In this document: positions 9,749 to 19,360 of the stretch, in pieces
How the letters are laid out: every line of letters begins with the position of its first letter
Numbering within the stretch: position 1 is the stretch's first letter
Source of the DNA: Candidatus Treponema equifaecale
Lineage (GTDB): Bacteria > Spirochaetota > Spirochaetia > Treponematales > Treponemataceae
Direction: 5' to 3'
Length of the DNA stretch: 64,000 nt
Assembly (NCBI GenBank): GCA_018064905.1
Contig: JAGHUJ010000052.1
Location: 13,998 to 77,997, forward strand
The notes under the pieces: model-generated
What the model was told of the DNA's origin: nothing
What the model saw: the letters and a program-made list of their open reading frames with translations, nothing else
Databases searched by the model: none
Program-made: the position numbers and the translations under genes

Positions 9749-9772
9749 TTATATCTCTCTTGTTAGTTGTCG

Positions 9773-9808
9773 GCAAAAAGAAGAAAAAGTCTTTTTTCTT
9801 CTTTTTGC
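9773..9808. other. 16-bp perfect hairpin upstream of dctQ
   Basis: gcaaaaagaagaaaaa-gtct-tttttcttctttttgc. Confidence 0.6.
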
Positions 9809-9837
9809 TAATATACTAAAATATTACCAAAAACTAT

Positions 9838-9875
9838 AAAAAAACTGTCTGACAGGCCTCAAACCCATCAGACAG
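9838..9875 (-). terminator. Intrinsic terminator-like hairpin after dctP
   Basis: ctgtctga/tcagacag stem followed by a T-run on the minus strand. Confidence 0.6.
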
Positions 9876-9896
9876 AAAACTGACTATTTAATCAAC

Positions 9897-10886
9897 TTAT
9901 TTAGACTGGATGTCAGCAATGAGCTGTTCATAACCTGCACCGAACTGTGCATAAAGTGGAGCCATTGCAGCCTGGAACTTTTCTTTTTCACCAGCAGCAA
10001 GTTCTGTTACTACAGATCCACCAGCCTTAACTTTTGCTTCAGAAGCCTTTTCTTTATCAGCCCAGAGTTCACGTTCAATCTTAGCAGATTCTGCGGCACA
10101 TTCACGGATGATTTTCTGATCTTCAGCAGAAAGTTTGTCCCAAGTGATTTTAGAAATCATCTGCATTTCTGGAACGCGAGTATGTTCATCAAGAACGAAA
10201 TATTTAGCAACTTCGTAGTGTGATGTTGATTCATAAGAAGGCCAGTTGTTTTCAGCACCGTCGATAACGCCAGTCTGAAGTGATGAATAAACTTCACCGT
10301 AAGCCATTGGAGTTGCGTTAGCACCAACCTGAGCAACCATACCCATCATCATCTGAGATTCCTGAACACGAATCTTAAGACCTTTCATATCTTCCAAAGT
10401 TGTTACAGGGCGAACTGAGTTGTAGAAGTTGCGGGCACCAGCATCGAACCAAGAAAGACCGATGAGGTTGCTTGAAGAAATGTTAGAAAGGAATTTAGCA
10501 CCAATATCACCGTCAAGAACGCGCCACATCTGAGCAGCATCTTTGTAAAGGTATGGAAGCTGAAGAACGTTCAATGATTTGTCGAATTCAGAAAGTGGTG
10601 AAATGGAAACGCGAGTAAAGTCGATGGCACCAAACTGAAGCTGTTCGATAACTGATTTTTCATCACCGAGCTGAGCACCATAGTAAACATCAATGTGGAT
10701 GCGACCGTTTGTCTTAGCTTCTACCATTTCTGCAAACTTGTAAGCAGCCTGTGTTGTTGGGTAGTCCTGTGGCTGGTTTTCAGCATAGCGAAGAACCATT
10801 TTTTCTGATTTTTTTGAGTTACAACCTGTAAGTGCAAGTCCAAGTGAAAGGATTGCACATGTTGCAGCAACCAAAGTTTTTTTCAT
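9897..10886 (-). CDS. dctP: TRAP transporter substrate-binding lipoprotein
   Basis: Lipobox LTGC; GLKIRVQ, LQTGVIDGAEN motifs; start moved to ATG 10886 after GGAGG. Confidence 0.93.
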   Translation of the reverse strand: MKKTLVAATCAILSLGLALTGCNSKKSEKMVLRYAENQPQDYPTTQAAYKFAEMVEAKTNGRIHIDVYYGAQLGDEKSVIEQLQFGAIDFTRVSISPLSEFDKSLNVLQLPYLYKDAAQMWRVLDGDIGAKFLSNISSSNLIGLSWFDAGARNFYNSVRPVTTLEDMKGLKIRVQESQMMMGMVAQVGANATPMAYGEVYSSLQTGVIDGAENNWPSYESTSHYEVAKYFVLDEHTRVPEMQMISKITWDKLSAEDQKIIRECAAESAKIERELWADKEKASEAKVKAGGSVVTELAAGEKEKFQAAMAPLYAQFGAGYEQLIADIQSK

Positions 10887-10973
10887 AATAAAATCCTCCA
10901 ATTTGTATGAAAAGCATAGAGAATATTTTATAACGGAATGTTAATCAAATATTCTAATATATTAGTTGAGTAT

Positions 10974-11034
10974 ATTGTGAACCTTTCTTCAATGCTTGTC
11001 AAATTTAAAAATGAAATTTTTGTAAAATTTACAA
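10974..11034 (-). promoter_or_regulatory. Candidate dctP promoter with upstream palindrome
   Basis: Minus-strand TTGACA (11002-10997)-17-CACAAT; perfect palindrome TTGTAAA-A-TTTACAA at 11020-11034. Confidence 0.4.
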
Positions 11035-11042
11035 CAAAGTTT

Positions 11043-12371
11043 TTATTTTTCAGAAGTTAACGGTTCTTTTGGCAGTCTGATTCTTACACTTTGAATTCTT
11101 CTCTGCGCCTGAAGTTCGATTTTAAAGAAAATTCCATCCCTTCTGATAACTTCACCGGTTTCCGGCAATTCGTCAAACTGTTCCAAAAGCCATCCACCCA
11201 GAGTATCGTAGTCTTCGCTTTCCAGTTCAAGCTTTAAAAGTTCGTTCAAGTCGCCCAATTTCATGTCGCCAGGAACCATAAATTCCCGTGGAGTAATCGT
11301 CTGAATCCTGTTTTCTGGAGGAACTTCGTCATTTTCCCCTGAAACGCTTCTTCCAAAAACCGCCTTCAAAATATCGTCCATTGTTACAATGCCTGAATTG
11401 CAGCCGTTTTCGTCGATACAGATGGCAAAATTCACTTTTTCCTTTTTGAATTTCAGAAGAATTTCTGTTGCTGTAAGAGTTTCAGGTACAAACAGTGCAG
11501 GCCTCATGCATCTTCTGGCAAAACTGCGCTTGGAATTTGCGTTTGGTGAACGAAGAAGAACATCCTTGTAGAAGATGAAACCGATTACGTTCTCAAAGCT
11601 GTAGTCTTCTGTTGTTTCATCAATTCCACAAACTGGGATTCTTGAATAGCCTGTGTCACGGAAGATTCTGATTACCTGTGAATATTCTGCATTTTCTGGA
11701 ATAAAGGTGACCATGCTTCTGTGGCGCATAATGTCCCTTGCGTGCAGGTCTGTGAAGTCGAAAATTTTATAGAGCATCTTCTTTTCACTGTGTTCCAGCG
11801 TTCCTTCATGCTCTCCCACTTCAATAAGACTCTTCAATTCTTCTTCCGTAATGCTGGCACGGTCTTTTTTGATGAATTTATTAAGAATAAATGAAATTCC
11901 GTTGGTAATCTTTGCAAAGAACCACACAATCGGAAAGAAAATTTTCTGCAAAATCATCAATGGAAGTGAAAAAGCCTTTGCTGCAGCCATTGGATGATAG
12001 GCCGAGATTGTTTTTGGCATGATTTCACCAAAAATAATCAGAACAAAAGTCATCACAACCGTTGCATAAAAGGAACCTGCATCACCCAAAAGTCCGATTG
12101 CAATTGTTGCCGCCAGACCAGAAGCAAAGGAAGTGACAAAATTTATGCCGATCAGAATCAGTGAAAGCAGCTGGTCCGTGTTCCGTTTAAGATATGCCAC
12201 CCGTTTAGTCGGCGTGTTTTTTTTGTTAGGATCATCTTTCTTAAGCATCTGCTTGAGCATGACCTTTGTTATTGAAAGATAAGCTGTCTCACTGGAAGCA
12301 AAAAATGCAACTATGGCAACCAGAATCACAAGTCCAACAGAAGGAAGTACAAAATCAAACAAGATCTGCAT
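11043..12371 (-). CDS. CNNM/CorB-like DUF21-CBS-CorC membrane protein (hemolysin-family annotation)
   Basis: SSETAY, FGEIMPK, YSRIPV, GIVTMDD, DTLGGWLL motifs. Confidence 0.9.
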   Translation of the reverse strand: MQILFDFVLPSVGLVILVAIVAFFASSETAYLSITKVMLKQMLKKDDPNKKNTPTKRVAYLKRNTDQLLSLILIGINFVTSFASGLAATIAIGLLGDAGSFYATVVMTFVLIIFGEIMPKTISAYHPMAAAKAFSLPLMILQKIFFPIVWFFAKITNGISFILNKFIKKDRASITEEELKSLIEVGEHEGTLEHSEKKMLYKIFDFTDLHARDIMRHRSMVTFIPENAEYSQVIRIFRDTGYSRIPVCGIDETTEDYSFENVIGFIFYKDVLLRSPNANSKRSFARRCMRPALFVPETLTATEILLKFKKEKVNFAICIDENGCNSGIVTMDDILKAVFGRSVSGENDEVPPENRIQTITPREFMVPGDMKLGDLNELLKLELESEDYDTLGGWLLEQFDELPETGEVIRRDGIFFKIELQAQRRIQSVRIRLPKEPLTSEK

Positions 12372-13656
12372 TTTCTTCCTCCTCTTCTTCAGTTTCCAGC
12401 TTTGTGCAGAGAATCTTTGAAATTCGTTTTTTATCCAGAGCAGTTACTGTGAGCTTGTAGCCTGGAACTTCGATTGAGTCCCCGATTATTGGCAGACGGT
12501 CCAGCTTTTCTATCATATATCCTGCAATGGTTTCATTTATGTCTGATTCCAGTTTTGTGTGAAGGTCTTCACTTAAATCAGAAAGGCGGGCTGATCCTTC
12601 AAGAACGGCATTGTCAAAATCCTTTGCCGCAATATCTGAAGGCCCGTTCTGTTCAGATTCCGTGAAAACGCCTCCAAAAATTTCTCTGGCAATGTCTTCA
12701 GTGGTCAGAATTCCGTCTGTTCCTGAATATTCATCAATTACTACGGCAAAATTTTCCTTGTGTTCCTGAAGAATTGACTGAATGGCCGACATTTTTGTAG
12801 TTGCCGGAATAAAAAGCGGTTTTCTCATTACATTTTTTACAGAAAATTCCTCGCTTCGTGGAAAATAAACCAGATCCTTAACATGAACCACACCGATTAT
12901 ATTGTCCAAATCTTCTTCATAAACAGGAAATCGTGAAAGCCTTGTACGTTCAGAAAGCTGTACAATGTCCCTGAAATTCATTCCCGGGTGGATTCCGACT
13001 ATTTTTGTTCGGGGAATCATAATATCAACGGCTTCAAGATCAGAAAATTTAAAGACGCGGTTCATCATGTTCTTTTCACCCTTTTCAAGAACACCTTCTT
13101 CGCCACCAACATCAATAAAAGTTTTGATTTCTTCTTCTGTAAACGAAACAGACTTTTTCTTGATGTCGATTCCAAAAATTTTCAGAAGGAGACGGGAAAT
13201 TGTGGTGAAGAAAATTACGAAGGGGCGTAATAGATAGAAGAAAAACTTAACAAATCCAGAAATGCTGAACGCAAAGCTTTCCGGGTATTTTGTGGTAATG
13301 CTCTTTGGCGTGATTTCACCAAATAAAAGCAGAAGGATTGTTGCTATACCGGTGGCAATTCCAAGACCTGCAGGACCAAAGAGCTTTAAAAAAATTGAAG
13401 TTAAGACTACAGAAAGGGCAACGTTTACGATTTCGTTTCCAACAAGCAGCATGTTCAAAAGCTCTTCTTTTTTTTCAAGAAGTTTGCTTGTCCGGATTGC
13501 CCTTTTGTCGCCCTTTTCCCGCAAAAAGTGAACCTTAAGCTTGTTCAAGCCCAAAAAAGCACTTTCACTTGCAGAAAAAAGGGAAGAAAGAACAATACAA
13601 GCCGCCGCAATAAGCAGCAGCAAGATCAAATTATTCGAGGGGGGCTGACCATCCAT
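12355..13656 (-). CDS. CNNM/CorB-like DUF21-CBS-CorC membrane protein, tandem paralog
   Basis: SASESAF, FGEITPK, SRFPVY, GILTTED, ETIAGYM motifs; overlaps downstream paralog by 17 nt. Confidence 0.9.
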   Translation of the reverse strand: MDGQPPSNNLILLLLIAAACIVLSSLFSASESAFLGLNKLKVHFLREKGDKRAIRTSKLLEKKEELLNMLLVGNEIVNVALSVVLTSIFLKLFGPAGLGIATGIATILLLLFGEITPKSITTKYPESFAFSISGFVKFFFYLLRPFVIFFTTISRLLLKIFGIDIKKKSVSFTEEEIKTFIDVGGEEGVLEKGEKNMMNRVFKFSDLEAVDIMIPRTKIVGIHPGMNFRDIVQLSERTRLSRFPVYEEDLDNIIGVVHVKDLVYFPRSEEFSVKNVMRKPLFIPATTKMSAIQSILQEHKENFAVVIDEYSGTDGILTTEDIAREIFGGVFTESEQNGPSDIAAKDFDNAVLEGSARLSDLSEDLHTKLESDINETIAGYMIEKLDRLPIIGDSIEVPGYKLTVTALDKKRISKILCTKLETEEEEEENADLV

Positions 13657-13717
13657 AAATGAATGAAAATCTCCTATGTTTTATAAGTTACAATAATAAC
13701 ATTACAAACTGTGCAAA

Positions 13718-13863
13718 AAAAGTGGGACGCAGGAAAAAAAAGTTAAGGAGGAGCCAAACAGGAACGAGAACGATTGTTCCCGGGCAGCGCCCAAAGCAAA
13801 GCGATTGAGGCGCGAAAGCCGGAGGATACCTTGGCTTTTTTTCCGTCGCTGGGACCCGCTTTT
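13718..13863 (+). repeat. Family D element, copy 1
   Basis: 5' AAAAGTGGGACGCAGGA(7-8)GTTAAGG and 3' GAAAGCCGGRGGATACCTTGGCTT...CCGTCGCTGGGRCCCGCTTTT shared with 61323. Confidence 0.85.
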
Positions 13864-13880
13864 TTAATTTGTTTATATTT

Positions 13881-14939
13881 TTAGTTCGTTGTTTCTACAG
13901 TTGCATCAGCAGAAGGTTCACCTGGAACAACATTCTCTTCAGCAGGACCGGCAGCTGGTACTGTGCTTACACCTTCAGCCATCATTTCATCAACATAGGC
14001 GATGGCCTGTTTGATTGCCTCAGCGTGTTCACTTTCTGGATCAGCATCAACAGCTTTCTGGAAGTAGTCCTTGATCTTTGCATAATCAGAAGAACCGGAA
14101 GTTGCCATGAAATAACCTACAGAATAGAAAACCTGCTGTCTGTCTTCAGCTGAAAGGAAATCATATTTTGTTGGCATTTCAAGGATTTCAATAGTCTTTT
14201 CATAATCCTGTTCCATCAAAGCGCGCTGAGCCAGTGAATCAGAAAGTGCAAAGAGGTGTTTTGGAGCCTTACCAGATTCATTCTTTTTATCCAAAGTGAT
14301 GTACTTTTTGTTGAAGTCAGAAAGAAGAATCTTGTAGTCAGAATCTGTTGTTTCGTAGAGAGTGTCGATTGCTTCAAGAACTTCGGCCTTTTTTCCAGTG
14401 TTGATTGTCTTAATCAGGGCATCAACTTCTTCTGTACGAGTCTTGCGGCTTTCAATTTCTGCAGCAACAGCATCAAAGTCTGCGTTTTCGTCAATCAGAA
14501 GGTCAGCAATTACATAACCCTGTTTTGTGAGCAGAAGATATGTTGGAAGCGACTGAACAGAGTAAAGGTTTGCGTACTGCATGTCCTTGTTGAGCTGCTC
14601 ACGGTCAAGTTCCTGCTTTTTCTGATCAGTGTTCTCATCATCTGGATTTGGAGCCATTGTGTCAAAGCGGCTGTTTGAGAAATCCACATTTACAAGAACG
14701 AAATCCTGTGTGAATTTTGTCTTGAATTCATCAGTATAGAAAACATTTTCGTTAAGTCTTTCACTTACACCATCTGAATCAAGTGCAGAGAAATAAAGAA
14801 TAATTTTCTTTCCCTCTGAATTTGCAGCTTTTTTTGCATCATCAAAGTTAGAAATCCAGTTAGTTGTGTCGATTTTTTTTCCACAGCCTGTAAAAGCAAT
14901 TGCAGCAACCGCACACAATGTCAATAAAAGTTTTTTCAT
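13881..14939 (-). CDS. Lipoprotein with thioredoxin-like fold (no CxxC) and TPR-like C-terminus
   Basis: Lipobox FTGC; WISNFDDAKKAA...ILYF...FVLVNVDF...YSVQSLPTYLLL pattern. Confidence 0.6.
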   Translation of the reverse strand: MKKLLLTLCAVAAIAFTGCGKKIDTTNWISNFDDAKKAANSEGKKIILYFSALDSDGVSERLNENVFYTDEFKTKFTQDFVLVNVDFSNSRFDTMAPNPDDENTDQKKQELDREQLNKDMQYANLYSVQSLPTYLLLTKQGYVIADLLIDENADFDAVAAEIESRKTRTEEVDALIKTINTGKKAEVLEAIDTLYETTDSDYKILLSDFNKKYITLDKKNESGKAPKHLFALSDSLAQRALMEQDYEKTIEILEMPTKYDFLSAEDRQQVFYSVGYFMATSGSSDYAKIKDYFQKAVDADPESEHAEAIKQAIAYVDEMMAEGVSTVPAAGPAEENVVPGEPSADATVETTN

Positions 14940-14947
14940 GTTTATTC

Positions 14948-17900
14948 CTAGTTAAAATATCTTACACCAGCCTGGAAGAGATTCTGGCATGAGTTGCCTG
15001 AACTTTCTGTTGCAGGGTTTCCGGCGATGTTCTTGATCAAATCAGAGCTTGAACCATTTACGCCAGTTCCGACTGTACGTTCTGAGTGACCCATTTTTCC
15101 AAGAACGAGACCGTTTGGAGAAGTGAGACCTTCAATAGCGAATGCTGAGCCGTTTGGATTGTCTGGTTCACAAACTGATGGAACGCCGAATTCATCACAG
15201 TACTGTGAGTAAACCTGTCCCTTCTCAAACAATTCCTTTGCCAAAGATTCGGTGATGTAGATTTTTCCTTCACCATGGCTTACAGGAATGTAGTGTGGGC
15301 GGGCATCCAGAACTGAAGCATCCAAAGCCCAAGGAGAAGCAGCACTTACCATTCTTGTACGAACTACGCGGCTTATGTGGCGGTGAATGTTGTTGTATGT
15401 AAGAGTTGGGTTTTCAGCAGCTGGTTCCATGATTTTTCCAAAAGGAACAAGACCAGTTTTGATCAAAGCCTGGAAACCGTTACAGATACCGAGAACAAGG
15501 TTCTTCTTGTCTTCAAGGTGGGCTGTAACTGCATCAGCAATGCGTTTTTCACGGATTACGTTTGCAATGAACTTACCAGAACCGTCAGGTTCGTCACCAG
15601 CTGAGAAGCCGCCTGCAAATGCGATGATCTGTGAATCAGAAATTTCTTTCTGGAGACCGTTCAAAGATTCTTCCAGATCCTGTGGAGTTCTGTTTCTGAA
15701 TACATAGATTTTAGAATCAGCGCCGGCAAGGTTGAATGCACGGGCCATGTCGTATTCACAGTTTGTACCAGGGAATACAGGAATGATTTCCTTTGGCTTA
15801 GCCTTAGATTTGTCCAACACGGTGATTGAGCTTGTCGAAATTACCGTGTTGCTGCTGGTTTCGACAGGCTCAACCGACGCAGCAAATTTTGCTCTGGCTT
15901 CTGCCAATGTTGGGTGTGAAGCTACTGCCCATTCAGGAAGCTTGTCCTGTTCCTTTGCGCCAGAAACTGGTGGGAATACCTTTGCAAGTTTTGATTCCCA
16001 TGCTGTGTAAAGTTCGTCCAGCTTGATTTCTGCCTTTGGAAGTGGAGCAACGCCCTGCATTTCAAATGAGATGATTGGGTCTTTCTGTGTGTTACCGATT
16101 TTGAATACAGTTGCGTTTACAAAACCGTTGTCCTCAAATTTTGGATCATCTGTTTCAACAAGAATTGAACCGTACTGAGGAGTGAACAAATCAGCTACAG
16201 TGTCGTTTGCGTTTCTGTAGAAACCGATTACTGTTGCAGAAGTTGGAATCTGTGTAAGCTGAACACCAATCTTGTTACCGAATGCCATTTTTGTAATTGC
16301 TTCAGCAATACCACCGGCACCTACAGGATACATTGCGCTGATTTTTCCAGCTTTGTTTGCTTCGTAAAGGGCATCGGAATTCTTTTTGAATGTGTCCCAG
16401 TTTGGAGCAAGTTCTGCAGTATATGGAACCTGAACCAGATAGATGTAGCTTCCGCTCTTTTTGAATGAGCCTGACTGTACATTTTCTGCTTCGTCGTGAG
16501 CAACTGCAAATGAAACCAGTGTGTGTGGAACATTGAGGTTTTCAAAAGTTCCGGACATTGAGTCTTTTCCACCGATTGAAGCACAACCCATTTCTCTCTG
16601 GGCATCAACTGAACCAAGAAGGGCAGCAGTTGGGTAACCCCAAGTTTTTGCATCAACAGTTCTACCAAAGAATTCCTGGTAAGACATTCTTGAAGTTGTG
16701 GCCTTACCACCAATACAAGTGATTTTTGCAAGAGAAGAAAGAACAGCAGTCTGAGCGCCGTGCCATGGAGACCAGTTTGCAACACGAGGATCAAAGCCGT
16801 AAGACATAAGTGAAACGGTTGAAGTTTCGCGAGGAGAAATTACAGGAATTTTTGCAGACATTGCACATTCTGGAGTTCCCTGATATTTTCCGCCAAATGG
16901 GAAAAGTACAGTTGAAGCACCGATAGAACCGTCGAAGCGTTCCTGAAGACCGCGCTGTGAACAGCATGCAAGATCAGACATATTTGCAATGAATGCATCG
17001 TGAATCTGTTCTTTTGTTGGCTGAGCACCTGGATTTTCACCAGTTGCACTGTTTGCATTTCCGAGAACTGCAGAAACAGAATCCAAAGGCTTAACCAGTG
17101 GAGACTGACGGTTTTCAGCAGGACTTTCAATAGAAGCCTTTGCTGTGTGTTCAGCACCAGCAGAATCAAGGAATGAGCGGTCAATGTCAACGATTGTCTT
17201 ACCGCGCCATTTCATTGTGAGCTTGTTTTTATCTGTTACAGTTGCAACAACAACTGCGTTAAGGTTTTCTTCGTTACAGTATTTGATGAACTTTTCTACA
17301 TCACCTGCACGAACAACAACTGCCATTCGTTCCTGTGATTCAGAAATTGCAAGTTCAGTACCGTTAAGTCCTTCATACTTCTTTGGAACTGCATCAAGAT
17401 TGATATCAAGTCCTGGAGCAAGTTCACCAACAGCAACTGAAACACCGCCTGCACCAAAATCGTTTGAACGGCGGATCATGTGGCTAACTTCTGGATTTCT
17501 GAAGAGACGCTGAATTTTTCTTTCTTCAACGGCATTACCTTTCTGAACTTCAGCAGCAGCAGTTGTAACTGATTTTTCTGTGTGAACTTTTGAAGAACCT
17601 GTAGCACCACCAATACCGTCACGGCCTGTACCGCCGCCAAGGAGAATGATGATGTCACCTGCTTCTGGAGTTTCGCGCATTACAGTTGCGTAAGGAGAAG
17701 CAGCGATTACAGCACCAAGTTCCATGCGTTTTGCAAGGTATCCAGGATGGTAAACTTCTGTAACCTGACCAGTTGTAAGACCAATCTGGTCTCCGTAAGA
17801 AGAGAAGCCCTGAGCAGCTTCGCGACAAATTTTTACCTGTGGAAGTTTACCCTGAAGTGTTGCTTCAAGTGGCTGAGTTGGGTCCCCTGCACCAGTTACG

Positions 17901-19039
17901 CGCATTGACTGGTAAACCCATGAACGGCCAGAAAGTGGGTCACGGATTGCACCACCAATACAAGTTGCAGCGCCACCAAATGGTTCGATTTCTGTAGGAT
18001 GGTTGTGTGTTTCGTTTTTGAACTGGAGAAGCCACTGTTCAACTTCTTCTTTGCCTTTTGGGAGAGGATTTCCATCTTTGTCTGTTGTGTAGTGAACGTC
18101 GATGAAGATTGAACATGCGTTGTTTTCTTCAGAAACTTCCATGTCGTCCAGCATTCCGTGCTTGCGAAGGTATTTTCCGCCAACAGTTGCCATGTCCATC
18201 AAAGTTAAAGGCTTGTCCTTGCGTTTTGCATACAAATCTGTGTGCATTGCCTTGTAGTTTTCAAGTGACTGCTTGAAAAGCTTTGCATAAGGTCCTTTTT
18301 CGATTTTGATGTCCTTGAGGACTGTATTGAAAGTAGTGTGACGGCAGTGGTCAGACCAGTAAGTATCAAGAACGCGGATTTCAGTTTCTGTAGGGTCGCG
18401 CTGAATTGACTTAAAGTATTTCTGAAGGAACTGAATGTCCGAAAGATCCATTGCAAGACCCATTTTTGCACGGTATGCGTCCAGTTCTTTCTTTCCATAT
18501 TTGATGAAGCCTTCAACAACTGGAATGTCACCAGGAACTTCTGACTTCATTTCAAGAGTTTCAGGAATTTTTGCGTCGGCAAGGCGTGAATCAACCGGGT
18601 TGATAAGGTATTTCTGAATCTTTGCAGCTTCATCAGCAGAAACGTTTCCAGAAAGGATAACCATTTTTGCACAGCGAACACGTGGAGGTTCAGTTCCAAC
18701 TTTTGCAGTGTTCTTCATTGACTCGCGGAGAAGTGAAAGACACTGTTCTGCTGAGTCTGCGCGCTGGTCGTACTGGCCCGGGAGATATTCCCAGATGATT
18801 ACAGTTTCACCTTCAGCGGCTTTAACTTCATCATAAGCAACGCTGTCGCTCTGTGGCTCTGAGAAAATGCGGAGAGCTGCCATCTTTGATACGTCTTCTG
18901 AAGTATTTTCGATGTCATAGCGGTTAAAGTAACGCACTCCCTTAACTGAGGAAATGCCCAAAAATCCATTGATTTCACTTAAAATGCTCTGAGCTTCACT
19001 CTGGAAGCCAGGCTTGCGTTCAACATAAATACGAAACAT
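14948..19039 (-). CDS. purL: Phosphoribosylformylglycinamidine synthase (single-chain large form)
   Basis: YWSDHCRH, KNETHNHPT, DFGAGG, GGKDSMSG, glutaminase GICNGFQ and HSER motifs. Confidence 0.97.
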   Translation of the reverse strand: MFRIYVERKPGFQSEAQSILSEINGFLGISSVKGVRYFNRYDIENTSEDVSKMAALRIFSEPQSDSVAYDEVKAAEGETVIIWEYLPGQYDQRADSAEQCLSLLRESMKNTAKVGTEPPRVRCAKMVILSGNVSADEAAKIQKYLINPVDSRLADAKIPETLEMKSEVPGDIPVVEGFIKYGKKELDAYRAKMGLAMDLSDIQFLQKYFKSIQRDPTETEIRVLDTYWSDHCRHTTFNTVLKDIKIEKGPYAKLFKQSLENYKAMHTDLYAKRKDKPLTLMDMATVGGKYLRKHGMLDDMEVSEENNACSIFIDVHYTTDKDGNPLPKGKEEVEQWLLQFKNETHNHPTEIEPFGGAATCIGGAIRDPLSGRSWVYQSMRVTGAGDPTQPLEATLQGKLPQVKICREAAQGFSSYGDQIGLTTGQVTEVYHPGYLAKRMELGAVIAASPYATVMRETPEAGDIIILLGGGTGRDGIGGATGSSKVHTEKSVTTAAAEVQKGNAVEERKIQRLFRNPEVSHMIRRSNDFGAGGVSVAVGELAPGLDINLDAVPKKYEGLNGTELAISESQERMAVVVRAGDVEKFIKYCNEENLNAVVVATVTDKNKLTMKWRGKTIVDIDRSFLDSAGAEHTAKASIESPAENRQSPLVKPLDSVSAVLGNANSATGENPGAQPTKEQIHDAFIANMSDLACCSQRGLQERFDGSIGASTVLFPFGGKYQGTPECAMSAKIPVISPRETSTVSLMSYGFDPRVANWSPWHGAQTAVLSSLAKITCIGGKATTSRMSYQEFFGRTVDAKTWGYPTAALLGSVDAQREMGCASIGGKDSMSGTFENLNVPHTLVSFAVAHDEAENVQSGSFKKSGSYIYLVQVPYTAELAPNWDTFKKNSDALYEANKAGKISAMYPVGAGGIAEAITKMAFGNKIGVQLTQIPTSATVIGFYRNANDTVADLFTPQYGSILVETDDPKFEDNGFVNATVFKIGNTQKDPIISFEMQGVAPLPKAEIKLDELYTAWESKLAKVFPPVSGAKEQDKLPEWAVASHPTLAEARAKFAASVEPVETSSNTVISTSSITVLDKSKAKPKEIIPVFPGTNCEYDMARAFNLAGADSKIYVFRNRTPQDLEESLNGLQKEISDSQIIAFAGGFSAGDEPDGSGKFIANVIREKRIADAVTAHLEDKKNLVLGICNGFQALIKTGLVPFGKIMEPAAENPTLTYNNIHRHISRVVRTRMVSAASPWALDASVLDARPHYIPVSHGEGKIYITESLAKELFEKGQVYSQYCDEFGVPSVCEPDNPNGSAFAIEGLTSPNGLVLGKMGHSERTVGTGVNGSSSDLIKNIAGNPATESSGNSCQNLFQAGVRYFN
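15817..15885. repeat. REP-A doublet in-frame inside purL
   Basis: acacggtgattgagcttgtcgaaattaccgtgt followed by ttgctgctggtttcgacaggctcaaccgacgcagcaa; homologous to 3899-3977. Confidence 0.88.
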
Positions 19040-19074
19040 TCTATCATTTTAGTGTATAAAACAAGGGAATTCAA
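19040..19074 (-). promoter_or_regulatory. purL promoter, probably leaderless
   Basis: TTGAAT-17-TAAAAT-6-ATG with no SD. Confidence 0.6.
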
Positions 19075-19136
19075 TTGTGGAAAATTTAATAAAATGCAGT
19101 TAATTGTTGTGGGAAAGTAATAAAAAAGGCTGATTT

Positions 19137-19245
19137 GCGTGAAGGCCTGGAACCCCGCCGCAGGCGTTGGCAGTTGCGTAGCAAGTGGCAATGGAGCGCT
19201 TGACGCGGAAGGGTGGAAAGCCTGGCCCCGGATGGGGACACGCCC
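19137..19245 (+). repeat. Family C element
   Basis: GCGTGAAGG...AGCCTGGCCCC...GGGGACACGCCC. Confidence 0.7.
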
Positions 19246-19360
19246 ATAGGCTTCCTTTTAAAATAACAAACATTTAGTGCGTAAAATTTCTATATATGGT
19301 GTATAATTTAACCGATACTGTACTGAGAGATTTTAAACAAACCAAACAAATGAGGACTAT

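Noticed and set aside
11043-13656. Tandem 'hemolysin' genes as virulence factors
   Set aside because: DUF21-CBS-CorC architecture indicates CNNM/CorB-type Mg/Co handling; nothing here supports lytic activity.
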